Positions 47,301 to 57,379 of a stretch of DNA of 64,000 nt are shown here, piece by piece. This stretch comes from a virus. The translations under genes were made by a program, and so were the position numbers. Within the stretch, counting starts at the first letter, position 1, and the number at the start of each line of letters is the position of its first letter. The notes below the pieces were generated by a model. The model made no database searches and was not told the DNA's origin. It worked only from the letters and a program-made list of their open reading frames with translations. The DNA lies in the IMG/VR virus record IMGVR_UViG_3300047666_001143, positions 1-64,000 of that record; one strand, 5' to 3'.

Positions 47301-48062
47301 AGATTGTCCAGTAAGTGTTGGAAAATCAGAAGTTTCTCCAAAAACATTTTTTGGATATAAATGTGGATTTGTTTCTTTAGGATATATATCCTTTAGTTCC
47401 ATATTTTTTATATCAATGCCTTGACTAGGGTATTTTATTTTGTTTTTTTCTATGGTTTTAGAAACAGAGTCTTTATAATTCTCCAATAAATAGTCTATCA
47501 TATCCACTTTGGATCTATCAGGAGCACTTTCTAAACTTGCCTCTTTGAGTATACTTTCTTGAATACCTTCAAAAAACTCTGCCGTATCTACAATACGATC
47601 TTGAATTTGTTTTTTATTTATTCCTATTGCTATTTCATCCTTGCTCCCTTTATAATATGCACGAAAAATAAGCTCATCTCCTACAAAACCTTTCTCTTCT
47701 TTTATTTCAATACCAGATAATCCTATTAACTTATCGAAATTATCCCATGCATAACTTTTTGAAAGAAATGGAGTCCCCATAAGTTTAATACTAGCCACCC
47801 TATATTTTTTAAGCATAGAACTAATCTCTTCCGACTCTTTCATTAAGCTGTAAACTTCTTCTTGACTCTTAGGTAAGGTATATCTATCAACAGGTTTAAA
47901 ATTAGCTTTTAAGATTTCATCATATATTTGAACAGCTTGTTCTAAACTTTCTACGTGCGGAAGTTTAGCAATGTTATTAAATACTTTGGATTCATTCCCA
48001 TTAGAGTCTAATACTTTTATGATCTTTCCTTGACTGTCTCTTGTAATTTTACAATTTGCCAT
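41340..48062 (-). CDS. Giant (2240 aa) virion/ejected polyvalent-type protein
   Basis: Size and position among structural genes; ART-like insert near the N-terminus; EEVMH zincin-like remnant; C-terminal hydrophobic segment. Confidence 0.7.
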   Translation of the reverse strand: MANCKITRDSQGKIIKVLDSNGNESKVFNNIAKLPHVESLEQAVQIYDEILKANFKPVDRYTLPKSQEEVYSLMKESEEISSMLKKYRVASIKLMGTPFLSKSYAWDNFDKLIGLSGIEIKEEKGFVGDELIFRAYYKGSKDEIAIGINKKQIQDRIVDTAEFFEGIQESILKEASLESAPDRSKVDMIDYLLENYKDSVSKTIEKNKIKYPSQGIDIKNMELKDIYPKETNPHLYPKNVFGETSDFPTLTGQSASLLFRGIHPDELAFIRENGYIQSNQSYNIGDEVDAGVTVYGTAPRTAFNYASGFAPTDLRPTQGKPNYVVMIENDPSENKAVIDVIDGYVKVKKEIPSNKILAIYSVDENGTVKNVSEELLADIFEASSKVKEQNQGATPLFSIKSEDKEYNSFEDALRNTQGKTINIVSNGKVIASLPATLDERTTEGVINAFIFDGVIKPEKVTYNGETFYTTTGNTPQQQKYTLEFFKEEVSASLSKRNYQVKDGLIQIKEVKVQPSKEGSTHRMVSDAILSSSSQKTVVSKKEKISERNLRLNLFSILNDMGISTLSLKDYQDKFKLKNKLSPSVEALADIANRLVAFKGVQLEDGSIDPNSINLEDLTEEVMHIIVETMTEEQLAELSDFIKSSPEYQEHYAVYNEVYKGDQKKLEKEILGKIMKNLTLSKTEGKPQSFLAKLVDIIEQFFDKLNITSKHFRQLKELNNTVEKFVIQREETLSESDIQESKDISLMYSLSDQVIPVTESLINTFNSLSEKPQFSSYKRQLAGVSLETATNQELALVTEKLIESTNKLINSTTVALEESLKQGKGLSEQNKVMLENLEDLKSLFSDLETGLAKINESDLKGKNKLVGKIKENNNIIASLVSKNNSVGTDQVREILESVVSQLGIKEQEVARDHMQKAIQGQINDSNFIFSFFGQIHHASNPILNMMGIKIWEADMMANQYEKEMSAEFTNYMEEVGFTKEQFANMFDENGHLKGPYDTKKHLDDREAVMFKTYNDFAKEKIDTIENYRKAKREQTLKLNELSELDFGNYKIALQERLLGVDEPIINPLYYKEIQEKYKNLNINPETITFLKELSSSRASIRNKARKEDGRVILSLQTKSELNDISKTRKNRKSIYSDITGFKKGLKIDYTKPKDGIELATGGSLVLDLSETSNDIERTAAKIAYDLHRIDEDYINNIVEKEDKNQNLKTSLRELISSSNYSQEQKMDILLSNVDVSLSKEFYESLGEESMLQNPELDTLNPGREDDIKTLRELSAKKSALIAMNRNTSSPIEIDNMHEIDMSEVREYTLTINSLKRSLKIPENENENESAGVKSVNQSYKNYLKKKGITEGTAEELLELRNSPHSNTEDIYRVVNAYNKSEAGLTLSESEEKLMARHKGSNLLETKLSYAKGNLYAYFTRFAPEGYKTIEERFNTGEKILNIFDSMYSDPYINVVINNSILDDSEVTRMDTFSGISGQTFEAINNKSKLEDFLEKEKNGELTTLTDSQNTKYKSDLYNNGYILNPDYNKNYKGGFSQPKKGKYENNEYSNYFAINKKGEATKNKEEFEVRRLYLETKEKAFKSMDSQGQDLYKPVQISKTTTEKIRAIIGSNASTKEKWSAIVEIFKERLAYRIDDLAYGEKDFKKSKLLPKYYTRDLEDPNDVSDDHFMALTQLVAKSSQYKAKKEVLSDIESLQNILLNNKRHSRGKKLENVLKMTESFIDSAIYGKTEQLTKKFIIPGSKFEMDLAKVARSFTKYVSIKNLGFSLPIAVTGLTTGYITKKVEDFVGEKTNRESAKLAFKEYKTLMGETASNALKAKVVDNSKLTLMGQAFGEYDMTSKTRNAKFGPFQRLFSKSAMAIHAAADFPITPQVMLSILFDNRIVDGKRYNMRQFIQEKTRDGMEKKAAEGLWKNEEGKSVYNYMNFTKDGFTWNDTIYNEFPNKTKEETNKYLKDAKGFINRSMANQLSVIKGQIPQQMKVTAQRHAIGSMAMLHKGFASIILQNKFKDRHLNFDTGLYEEGHYRTLGRLMGSIIGNPMKMMERNEDIKEFYKEPKRENFKDSGKTDAENNADYNEAFLDYELKVRNTSRVVKEMGVYLSMVLIFSMIFAAAEDDDNEEIYMIGLTNYILRRTLNEASTNLSTGIVGDVVGTLESPLVTLRSAQDFSALWEIFDGEEISSNKYKGLSKRQRYFVKNVPGAKAIYDMHDAETLEDVTNTYKMYNKGVTDSAVLMMQDFFTGE

Positions 48063-48427
48063 TATAATGGTAATTTTAATTTAATTAGTGTTGCTTTTTC
48101 CTGTGCTTCCTTGTCTTCTACTTTAATATTGTATCCTTTTAGCATTTTTTGGAAGCTTTCACTTTGGTAATCGGATAATTTTGTCGGAAACTCTATTTTA
48201 CCTGTATATTTGGTAACTCCCTCCCTGTTAAGTACTGTACTATTATATTTATCTAATGCCTTTTTTATGGTGACACATTCTTCGTATAATTCTAACCCTT
48301 CATACTCCTCTAAAACAAGTAAAGTGGAATATAAAGGGTATCTTTCAATATAAGATAAGTATGATTCAACTCTAGCAATCGAGTTCGCTTCCTTCTGTTG
48401 TGGTGATGTCTGTTTTTGTTGTGTCAA
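48062..48427 (-). CDS. Hypothetical protein
   Basis: Fills the gap between the giant genes; start codon uncertain. Confidence 0.6.
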   Translation of the reverse strand: MTQQKQTSPQQKEANSIARVESYLSYIERYPLYSTLLVLEEYEGLELYEECVTIKKALDKYNSTVLNREGVTKYTGKIEFPTKLSDYQSESFQKMLKGYNIKVEDKEAQEKATLIKLKLPL

Positions 48428-51400
48428 CTTCTATATTTGAGCTCGTGGCGTTTCTATTAAAGGGTGGTGCAACTTTTGTTATTATGAAATTGGAATCTAA
48501 TTTAGCAATGTATTTATACACATAATTCCCTTGTTTATTAGAGAGTACTTTTTCATATATATCTCCTTTGTATTGTATAAAAGGTTCACTGCTTTTGTTG
48601 ATAGATATTGTTTCATAGTCTATAATTTCAATTTTCGAATTGGGTTCTGGTAAATTCGGATTATTAACTGCACTTATTCTTTGAACATTATCAAAATCCT
48701 CTGCAAATATAATCTCTTGTGGGTTCTCCTGCAAGTCTATATGTTTATTTATTATGGAATATTGTAAAAGAGCATTGTAAAAATCTCCCAACTCTTCTTG
48801 GTATTGATCTATTTTTTCTCTTGATAACAAATCGTCTTTCATAATATTAGGACCTTCTAAGTTGAATTGAGATAAAATATTAATATACAAGTCACTATTT
48901 TTAAGTTTTTCTTTTTTGATTAGATTTTTAAAGTCTCCTTTAAACTCCTCTTTTAAATAGTTACTGTTCCCTACAGACACAGCTTTTTTATTCTCTAAGT
49001 CTCTAGGTTGAGTATTGTAATATAATTCATATAAATCCACAAGAGTTTTCGGCATAGAATCAGTGAAAACCTCTTTTGATAAATTATCTTCTTTGTTTGC
49101 TAAATGATTTGGTAAAGTTCCTTTTTTATACTGCTCATATAGACCGTCTGTTAATTCCTCAACGGTGTACTTGTTGTCTATTTTTCTATAAAAATCACCT
49201 GCAACTCTTACAAATCCCAATTCAAACATTTCTTCTTTTGTCTGTGATGTTGGTATGTGATATAGGTTATTAGTATCGGCTATTTTAGATTTAGTTACTA
49301 AGGCATATTTATTTTGTAATACTTTAATTAGCTTTTTAGCCAGGGCTTTTATTTTAGATTCTGTTGGGTCTTGTTTTATATCTTCAACATCTTCGTTAAA
49401 TTCATCGTTGATATCCGCAGGTACTCCTACTTCTTCTGTGTCCACTGTATCTTTTATATCTTCTTCTACCATTTGTTCAGTAGAAACACTTGGTACAACT
49501 TCATTTCTCAAAGCAAATTCTATTATTTGTTTTTTTAGTTTTGGTTTTTTAAATGATTCTATTAATGTTAAGTCTTGAGTTTCATTTACTAGATTTTTAA
49601 CATCTTTGGCTACTTTGGCTTTTGCCAGAGTGTTTTTATGTTTTATAAGTAGATTTTCAAATTCTTTTTCAGACAATTCCTTGTCACTTGTTTTTTCTTT
49701 GGTTTCAGTATTCTCTAAGTTTTTGCTTAGATTCATTTTAACTTTTGGAGAAACAAACATTTTTTCATTTAAATCTATAATAATTTCTGAATTTTCAAAA
49801 AACTCTGTATCTGGCATATCCTTTATGTCCTTTTTAGAGTATTTTGTTTTTGACTTCTCCAAGGCACCCATCACTTTTTGTGTATCTAATTCCTCACTGC
49901 TATTATAAACTGTACTTGGATCAACACCATTTGTTTTCAGCAATCCTATTAACTCAGTTTCTTTCTGGAAATCTGTTTTACCACTTTCCATTATTTCTCT
50001 GGCTTTTTGCAATACAACTTCTGATGTTGGATTTAGGGCCACTGGAAAAGCTATTTTAGTATCTCCTTGTTTTATAATAACAAAAGGTGTGTTTTTGTCT
50101 TTGGGTATAAAAGATTTTCTCACATCTTTATCATCAATGCCTAAATTACCATTAGTAGAATAACCTCTCCCTACTATATAACTGTCCGCTTGTTTTTGAC
50201 TTATACCATATGTTACTATGGAACCATCCTCATTTAATTTTATATTAGGTGTACCTATAAAAACTTTCTCTACTTCTGTTTGAAAAGGTAATATAAATTG
50301 TGAAGATGAATTTCCATCTGCCAAATCATCAATACTTATTTCGTTATTTTCTATTTTCTCTTTGAATATTCTAAAAGCCTCTGCTCTTACTTTATCGAAA
50401 TTTGAATCTCCACTGTCTTTTCCAGCTTTCAATAGAGCCACTGTTTCTCCATTTTCAGTTTTGATATAGATGGCCATTTTAGATTGAATTTCTTCGTATC
50501 TGATTTTACCTTCATTTAACAAAGGTATCATGTCTCTTACATTGTAACCATCTTCTATATCAACTACAAAATTAAGTTTTGTTCCTGGTTTCAGTTTATA
50601 AATTTCCTCTGGATTTAATTTTTCTCCGTTGGCCCCTTCTATTCCAAAATCACTCTTCATTAACTCTCCATTTTGAAATACATACCCCCAAGCTGTTTTC
50701 AATTTGTAATTTATAACTTTTAAATTCATTGCTTTCAAGAATTTATTGGCTATTTCAGTAGTGGCCAGTATAAGTCTGTTACCTTTATTGACATCTTTTT
50801 GGATTTCAATTACTTCTCCATCTTTTTCCAGTCTGTAAATATCAACTAGTTTTGGATCTTTTTTGGTTCCTATATTTTCCACTCTTACAAAAGTCACGTC
50901 AAAACCATTCTCTCTTAATGTACCTAAACTTAAATGAGATAGTTCCAAAGCTTCTCCATCCTTACCTATATTTACATAAGACATAGTTTGTCCAAAATCA
51001 GTATTCTTGCGGCCCATAGAATACTCTTGATTAGCTTCATCGACCATTTCAATAACTTGCTCTTTGTTTGGTTGAGTGTTATCGTCAGTAAGTTCACTTT
51101 CAAATTTTTCTATTCTATCCAATATGTCTTGTATAGACAATCCATTGGAATTTGTTCCAGTAACTATTCTCCAATTGAATAATTTGGTATTTAGTTTTTG
51201 GTATTCTGCAATTTCTTCATCGTTAAAAGTACTTCTTTTTTTAACATTTTCACCTATTTCTTCTAATGGCCTACCAACTATTTTATTAATATCTCCTATA
51301 AATTTGTCTCTTAGTTCTTGGTATTTATCTAGGTCTTTTTGTGTTGGTCTTTCATCATCAACTAGGTCATTTTCATCGTTTGAAAAATTAGTTAACAAGA

Positions 51401-54400
51401 AATAGTTTTTTGATACAAGCTCTCTTAATTGTTTTTTAAGGTTATTTATTTTATCTTGTATTAAGTTTCCAGTTGGTATATCTTCTTTATCTGCTAAAAT
51501 ATCATCCGCTTTAGTCTCTTCAACTTTTTCTTGATTGCTTTTTTCTTTTGGAATTAAGTTTGAATCATCTGCTGATGGCATAATTTCTGCGTCCGCTGGC
51601 TTCATGTTTTTCTCTAATTCCTTGGCAAAATCTTGTTCTTCATTTTGAGTTTGTTGAAGTCTTTTTAAGAATTCCAAAGTAGTTATACCTGCTTGCTTTT
51701 TCTTTTGCATCATGGTACCAATTCTTTTTAAACCTAACTCTGGATCCATTAAGTCTTCTAAAGTTTGAGCATTCCTGTTCCACATCTCAAGACCTTTCTT
51801 GTACTCTTGTGCAAGTTTTTGTATCTTAGTTGCTAATTGTGGGTTTTTAGAATTTGCGATAGTTTCATCTAATTTTGCAAGGTCTTTAATAGTTTGTTCT
51901 ATTGTATTTGCCTCAACAAAATCATCATTTGTCAGTGGATCTATCGCATCTAATTCTTCCGATATTCTTCTGGTTCTATAACTTATTTTAGATGTATCGG
52001 ACATCCCTTCTTTGTACCCAGCTAAATTCTCTTCTGCTTCTTTTAGTTCTTCATTTGTTTTTGCTATGTCTGCTTCTGCATCAAGTATTCTTTTACCTAT
52101 TTTTTGAGCTTCAACTGATATTTTTTCATTGCCTTCTGGAGTAGAACTGATTATATTATCTGCTTTTGCTTTTCTTTCTAATAATAAATTATAATCTCTT
52201 TTTCTTTTTCCTAAATACTGCTGTAATCTATTTACTTCAATCACATCTTTTTTACTAGATCTGTTTAAAATATTATACTCTTGTAATGCTTTGGAAAATT
52301 GTCCTCTTAATTTAGGATTTAATTCTCCAACAGCTTCTATTAAAGAACTATTGGCCCCTTCCATGTTAGCTTCACTTTGCTTTGTCATTACCATTTGGTA
52401 GGCAATAGCTTGTCTTGCTTGGTGCACATCTATATCAGTGGCATCTTCCCAAAGCTCTTTTGGATTGTCTGATATCATATAATCAGAAAATTCTTTGGCA
52501 GATTTATACTCTTGTCCTAATTGACTGTATTGAGAAACTAATTCTGTTATTTTTCCGTCTACTTCACTTTGCTCTATGTCGTAATGTTCTGCTAGTTCAG
52601 ATTTTTTTCCTTCCTCGGCCTTACCTTGTATTTTCAAAGCTGTTTCAAAATCAGCTACTTGGTCGTCTAAATAGTCAAAATCATTAGCGTGTTTTACAGA
52701 TGTCAACATTATTCTTGATTGAGCATCTGCAATTCCCATTATATCTCCTTTTTCCTCTGCTTTTTCCAAAGCTGTATTTGCTGCCTGTAATTCTGATGCA
52801 ACTAATATTCTTTCCTCTGCTTGAGTTGCAAAAAGTCTTTCTACTGTTTTTGTACCTGTATTGTTATTTAGATTTTCTGCTTCTGCTACACTTCCTGTTG
52901 CAGCATTTTCTTTGGTTGCTCCACTTCCGTCTTGTTTTCTTCCAGCACTCCTAGCTTCTGAAAATAATCCTTGTTTTGGATTAGATATAAAATTAGAGCC
53001 CTCTCCTCCAATAAGACCTATTAGCATACCCAAACCTACTTCTTTCCATCCTTCTTTAGTTCCATATGTATGTGAAAAACCATCGTACATACTTTCCACT
53101 AATCCCATTGCTTCTTTACTTGGATTGTATCTTGATGTAAGGTAATTCTCCATTGCAGAAGATGCTGTTGCTTGTCCTCCTTCTTCAACTATACCCTCGT
53201 AAAAAGGATTTTTAAGTATGGAAGTTGTGAAACCTAATCCTCTTTGTAATTTTGTTCTTTGTATTGCTTTGGATGCTCCTCTAGTTCCATCTTTGGCTAT
53301 TTCAGTTGTAACTCCATTTCCATAAAATAGTTTATTAAGATATTTACTGGATGTTTTAAAAGGAGATGTTACTCCGAATGTATTGCCTAAAATTGCAAAG
53401 TTTGAAGTTCCTACTAATGCCATATTGGTTGCCCATAGCATATTAGTGGTATTTTCTAATTCATCATTAAAACTAGCTATATCTTTACTAGTTGGTTTAT
53501 AACCATTTAAATTTTCAAAATCTCTGTAAAAATTATCCTTTTGTTCTTTTTTATAGAGTCTGGCTTCCATACCTGCTTCAAAACCTGCTCCTGTATAGGT
53601 AAATCTTAATAAGTTAGCTGTTTGACCTATCTTACCTCCTTTTTTAGCCCATTTAGTTTTTTCTAGTAATTCTGCACCTCTTATAAATTTCTTACCTCCC
53701 TCTGTTGTAGTCTTTGCTCCTTTTGTTAATGTTTTTGCAAGACCAAAATATTTACCATATCTCAATCCTTGTCTGGCCATTGTAGTGGTTAATGATGCTC
53801 CTCCAGTTGCCGCTGCCCATAATGATTCAGATATAATTGTACCTGTCATAAAAGATAGTCCCCCTAAAAAGTCATCTGCCCAAAAATTAGCTGTCCCCAT
53901 AGACTGTCCAAAATTCAAATCTCTCTCTCCCTGCTCTCTGTAATTAGCAGAGAAGTTGTCCATTTTAGAATTGTAGTCGTCTAACAGGTCATAAAAAGAG
54001 TTATCGTATATATTCTCCCAATTACCTTCTGCAATAGCTGAAATAGCCCCATATGCAGTTCCTAGAGTTCCTCCTACTATATTGTTTACTGTCTTACCTA
54101 CAAACTTCCCTAAACCATTAGTCCATTTAGATGTTGTTGATTGGTTTTTAGCATAAATATCTTCGTTATCTAATCCTAATGTATACCCTTCATCATATCG
54201 AGTTATATAATCCCCGTTGGATAATTTGGTATAAGCATCTTTTATATTTATTCTATTTTCTTTAAAACCTACCTTATTAGAATCTTCAGATTGAAACATA
54301 GAAGAGAAATAATCAGCATTTTCAGCCTTCTCATCTAATTTTTCAAACTGAGTTAATTTTTCATCTGCTTTAAATTTAATATCATTATATACTAAATCCA

Positions 54401-54458
54401 AAGGATCTATCTTTGGTCCCTCTAAGTTTACCAGTGACTCTGTTAAATTATCTGCCAT
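48372..54458 (-). CDS. Giant (2028 aa) virion/ejection protein
   Basis: Gly/Ala-rich hydrophobic N-terminal region (EG..EEG.Q-type motif) followed by coiled coil. Confidence 0.7.
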   Translation of the reverse strand: MADNLTESLVNLEGPKIDPLDLVYNDIKFKADEKLTQFEKLDEKAENADYFSSMFQSEDSNKVGFKENRINIKDAYTKLSNGDYITRYDEGYTLGLDNEDIYAKNQSTTSKWTNGLGKFVGKTVNNIVGGTLGTAYGAISAIAEGNWENIYDNSFYDLLDDYNSKMDNFSANYREQGERDLNFGQSMGTANFWADDFLGGLSFMTGTIISESLWAAATGGASLTTTMARQGLRYGKYFGLAKTLTKGAKTTTEGGKKFIRGAELLEKTKWAKKGGKIGQTANLLRFTYTGAGFEAGMEARLYKKEQKDNFYRDFENLNGYKPTSKDIASFNDELENTTNMLWATNMALVGTSNFAILGNTFGVTSPFKTSSKYLNKLFYGNGVTTEIAKDGTRGASKAIQRTKLQRGLGFTTSILKNPFYEGIVEEGGQATASSAMENYLTSRYNPSKEAMGLVESMYDGFSHTYGTKEGWKEVGLGMLIGLIGGEGSNFISNPKQGLFSEARSAGRKQDGSGATKENAATGSVAEAENLNNNTGTKTVERLFATQAEERILVASELQAANTALEKAEEKGDIMGIADAQSRIMLTSVKHANDFDYLDDQVADFETALKIQGKAEEGKKSELAEHYDIEQSEVDGKITELVSQYSQLGQEYKSAKEFSDYMISDNPKELWEDATDIDVHQARQAIAYQMVMTKQSEANMEGANSSLIEAVGELNPKLRGQFSKALQEYNILNRSSKKDVIEVNRLQQYLGKRKRDYNLLLERKAKADNIISSTPEGNEKISVEAQKIGKRILDAEADIAKTNEELKEAEENLAGYKEGMSDTSKISYRTRRISEELDAIDPLTNDDFVEANTIEQTIKDLAKLDETIANSKNPQLATKIQKLAQEYKKGLEMWNRNAQTLEDLMDPELGLKRIGTMMQKKKQAGITTLEFLKRLQQTQNEEQDFAKELEKNMKPADAEIMPSADDSNLIPKEKSNQEKVEETKADDILADKEDIPTGNLIQDKINNLKKQLRELVSKNYFLLTNFSNDENDLVDDERPTQKDLDKYQELRDKFIGDINKIVGRPLEEIGENVKKRSTFNDEEIAEYQKLNTKLFNWRIVTGTNSNGLSIQDILDRIEKFESELTDDNTQPNKEQVIEMVDEANQEYSMGRKNTDFGQTMSYVNIGKDGEALELSHLSLGTLRENGFDVTFVRVENIGTKKDPKLVDIYRLEKDGEVIEIQKDVNKGNRLILATTEIANKFLKAMNLKVINYKLKTAWGYVFQNGELMKSDFGIEGANGEKLNPEEIYKLKPGTKLNFVVDIEDGYNVRDMIPLLNEGKIRYEEIQSKMAIYIKTENGETVALLKAGKDSGDSNFDKVRAEAFRIFKEKIENNEISIDDLADGNSSSQFILPFQTEVEKVFIGTPNIKLNEDGSIVTYGISQKQADSYIVGRGYSTNGNLGIDDKDVRKSFIPKDKNTPFVIIKQGDTKIAFPVALNPTSEVVLQKAREIMESGKTDFQKETELIGLLKTNGVDPSTVYNSSEELDTQKVMGALEKSKTKYSKKDIKDMPDTEFFENSEIIIDLNEKMFVSPKVKMNLSKNLENTETKEKTSDKELSEKEFENLLIKHKNTLAKAKVAKDVKNLVNETQDLTLIESFKKPKLKKQIIEFALRNEVVPSVSTEQMVEEDIKDTVDTEEVGVPADINDEFNEDVEDIKQDPTESKIKALAKKLIKVLQNKYALVTKSKIADTNNLYHIPTSQTKEEMFELGFVRVAGDFYRKIDNKYTVEELTDGLYEQYKKGTLPNHLANKEDNLSKEVFTDSMPKTLVDLYELYYNTQPRDLENKKAVSVGNSNYLKEEFKGDFKNLIKKEKLKNSDLYINILSQFNLEGPNIMKDDLLSREKIDQYQEELGDFYNALLQYSIINKHIDLQENPQEIIFAEDFDNVQRISAVNNPNLPEPNSKIEIIDYETISINKSSEPFIQYKGDIYEKVLSNKQGNYVYKYIAKLDSNFIITKVAPPFNRNATSSNIEVDTTKTDITTTEGSELDC

Positions 54459-57348
54459 TTGTTGTTATTGCTGTTTTATAATCTAATATTTGTTTTTGTG
54501 TGTATATAGAAAGAAAAGCAGATGGTGCTCCATAATAAACTTTTTTAAATAAATCTAAGGAGACATTGTTACCCAATGGTATTTCTCCTACTTCTGTATT
54601 TGTTTCTTTATTAAATATATTTATTATGTAATCTTCATCTAATCCTTTTGATATTTGCATAGAATAATTGTGAGTATTTTTTTGAAAATCATCAAATTGT
54701 GCTTTTATTTTATTTCCCACCTCTGGGTACATATTTAAAAGTTCATTAGTTTGTCTTGTAAATAATATTTTTTTAGACTCTGACTCTGATGCTAATCTTC
54801 TAAATCTATCTTCTCTAGGTATATCTCTGTTTAATAATTTATTCAGTCCTATATTTTGTTCCTCACTATTTCCTATAAATCTTATATCTTTCATTTCAGA
54901 GTTTAAATCTGATAAAGTTTCAGCAGTGTATCTTCCTTCCTCATTTTTAATATACTCATTAAACAAAGTCATTTGAGGTATGTCTGTTTTATTTATATCC
55001 GCTTGGATTATAGTTTGATTGGCCACTGATTCTTCTCCTTCTACTTTCGTGAAAGATTTTGAAATTTGATAAATTTTATAACCTCCATCTGGTTTTGCAT
55101 ATATATCTATTGGTCTTCGGTAATCAAATGCTGCTTGACTTGATACTTTATTTGCTACTTCCTCCCATATAGGGGTTACATCACTTTTTTCAAGACTACC
55201 TTGTATTCTAATTAAATTACTGCCAGCTACTGTAGTAAAATCTCTACCTAATTCATTTTCATAAAATTCATCATATTTTTTATTTGAAAACTCGCTTGAT
55301 ATTTCAGATTCATTTCTTGCAGTAAGATCTGTATCTCTTAATCCAAATCCACTTCTTAAAGTCTCATAAACTATACTTATATTACTTATTCCCGTACCAA
55401 AACTTCCTTTTTCAAAGTTACTTTGAGTTTGGTTTACAACTTTTGCAAAGCCTGTATCTTTATTTTTTAATTTTAAAGTGTAATCTCCACTTTTTTCTTT
55501 TGTTACGTTATAAGTATCTTCTAAAGTCTCTCCTGTTACATCCTCGGCTGCTTTTCTCATAATTTGGTACTCTCTATCATCTATTTTTAAGTTACCCTGA
55601 GTTGTAAAAGCTTGTTTATATGAATTAAAAGAATCTACAAAACCTCCTAAAAGAGGTATATTTGACTCCTCTATTTCAGATTCTCCTACTTTATCAAAAA
55701 AACCACTTTGCGATAAATCTACTGTTTGTAAAGCTAAAGAAGATTTATATTTTTTTGCTTCTTTACTATTCCCATTTACAAAAGTTTTATATGACTCACT
55801 GTCTTTTACTCCATTACTTTCCAAGTACTCTCTCATATTAACGTCTCCTTGCGGAAGACTCATTAAAAGACCTTTTTCATCGTTCAATACTTGATCTATA
55901 ACGTCCTCAGATAAAGCTCCAGTAGTAATATATTTATCGGTTACTTCATTTTCTCTTTTATTAACTCTCATTACTTGTTTTCTTGCATCCTCTACTTCCA
56001 TTTTAACATTTGGAGGTAAAAACGTGGATCCAAGTTCATCTAAAGCTAATTTATTCAATGTTTGGTCAGATATATTTGACCCGAATTCTTTTATTACATC
56101 TGCTCTTTTTCTTATTTCATCTTTCCTAGACTTAAATATATCTTGTTTTTCAGTAGGTAAGCCGCTAATAGCTGTACTTATAATTTTAGTCTCTTGTTTT
56201 CTCAAGTCATCTGCTCTTGTTCTTGCATCTCTTAAAATATTTACTCCATCAGGTAAATTAGTTTTACTTGTTAGTGTGGATATTTCCCCTCTGTAATTAG
56301 GAGAGCCTCCTCCTACATTTGAATCTCTTAAAGCTTTTAAGGCTTCTTTATCATATGTCTTAGATAACACTCTATCTTGTGTAAACATGCTTGCATAGAG
56401 CTTCAATCTATTGTTCATTAACTGTTGTCCCCCTATAGTCTCTGCTGTTTTAGATAGTAGCATATTCTGCTCAAATTGTGAGCTATTTGATTCTAACTGA
56501 TCTATTTGATCTTGCTTTTGTTGTTTTTGTCCTTCCGTTAAACTATCATTTTCATCTTTAGATTTTTGTAACTTATCTATTTGAGTTTTATATTCTAATT
56601 TCTTACTCTTTATTACACTATCTCTGCTATTCATTGCAGCTTGATTATCCATACCATACATCATGGAACCATCTATTTCCAACTGTTTTAAATCATTTGA
56701 ATTTAACTGTACTCTAAGATGGCTTTCCATTTCCTCGGGAGTTACTTGGGATATCTTTTTCTTTATTGTTTCTCCTGTTTTCCAATCTTGTATCTCTATA
56801 GTATCATCAGGTAGAGCAGCTTTCAATCTTATAGCTTCATCTGATATTTTTTTATCAACGTCTGAATATTCTAAATATTGAAAACTTCCTACCTCACCTG
56901 AATTACCAGATAAGTAGTTATTTACTCCGCTTTTTTGGTATGCATATTGAAAGTTTTGTTGATTCAAAGTGCCTTTTTTACTCCTATCTTGCTGGAACTG
57001 TTGTATCTGACGTATTTTTTTAGTGTTGGCGACTTGTTTTAGAACTTTTGGGTCTCTTGCAGCCTTTGACAGAGCATCTTGAATTGAAAATCGAGCCTTC
57101 TTGCTTGAAAAATTTATAGAACCTGTATCGCCTAGTGTATTCAATACACTAGATACTTTTTCTTTCAAATATCCTCTATCTTCTTCACGTATCAAATCGG
57201 CACCTAAAACTGCCTCTACAGATTGTTGCATTATACCGTAGTTTTGATCTATGGTATTTTGTTGATTTTTTAAAGTGGAGTCTATATAAGCGTGATTTAT
57301 AGAACTTGTTGGTTTGTTAAATCTTCTTGGTACACTGTTATAATTCAT
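54448..57348 (-). CDS. Large putative internal virion protein (966 aa)
   Basis: Position in the structural operon; helical composition. Confidence 0.65.
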   Translation of the reverse strand: MNYNSVPRRFNKPTSSINHAYIDSTLKNQQNTIDQNYGIMQQSVEAVLGADLIREEDRGYLKEKVSSVLNTLGDTGSINFSSKKARFSIQDALSKAARDPKVLKQVANTKKIRQIQQFQQDRSKKGTLNQQNFQYAYQKSGVNNYLSGNSGEVGSFQYLEYSDVDKKISDEAIRLKAALPDDTIEIQDWKTGETIKKKISQVTPEEMESHLRVQLNSNDLKQLEIDGSMMYGMDNQAAMNSRDSVIKSKKLEYKTQIDKLQKSKDENDSLTEGQKQQKQDQIDQLESNSSQFEQNMLLSKTAETIGGQQLMNNRLKLYASMFTQDRVLSKTYDKEALKALRDSNVGGGSPNYRGEISTLTSKTNLPDGVNILRDARTRADDLRKQETKIISTAISGLPTEKQDIFKSRKDEIRKRADVIKEFGSNISDQTLNKLALDELGSTFLPPNVKMEVEDARKQVMRVNKRENEVTDKYITTGALSEDVIDQVLNDEKGLLMSLPQGDVNMREYLESNGVKDSESYKTFVNGNSKEAKKYKSSLALQTVDLSQSGFFDKVGESEIEESNIPLLGGFVDSFNSYKQAFTTQGNLKIDDREYQIMRKAAEDVTGETLEDTYNVTKEKSGDYTLKLKNKDTGFAKVVNQTQSNFEKGSFGTGISNISIVYETLRSGFGLRDTDLTARNESEISSEFSNKKYDEFYENELGRDFTTVAGSNLIRIQGSLEKSDVTPIWEEVANKVSSQAAFDYRRPIDIYAKPDGGYKIYQISKSFTKVEGEESVANQTIIQADINKTDIPQMTLFNEYIKNEEGRYTAETLSDLNSEMKDIRFIGNSEEQNIGLNKLLNRDIPREDRFRRLASESESKKILFTRQTNELLNMYPEVGNKIKAQFDDFQKNTHNYSMQISKGLDEDYIINIFNKETNTEVGEIPLGNNVSLDLFKKVYYGAPSAFLSIYTQKQILDYKTAITTNGR

Positions 57349-57379
57349 ATGATTGTAATATTTGCAAATATACTAAAAA

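Noticed and set aside
41340-57348. crAss-like virion RNA polymerase among the giant proteins
   Set aside because: I found no DFDID/DxDGD-type catalytic motif in the 2240-, 2028- or 966-aa proteins; a structure search would be needed to exclude a divergent enzyme
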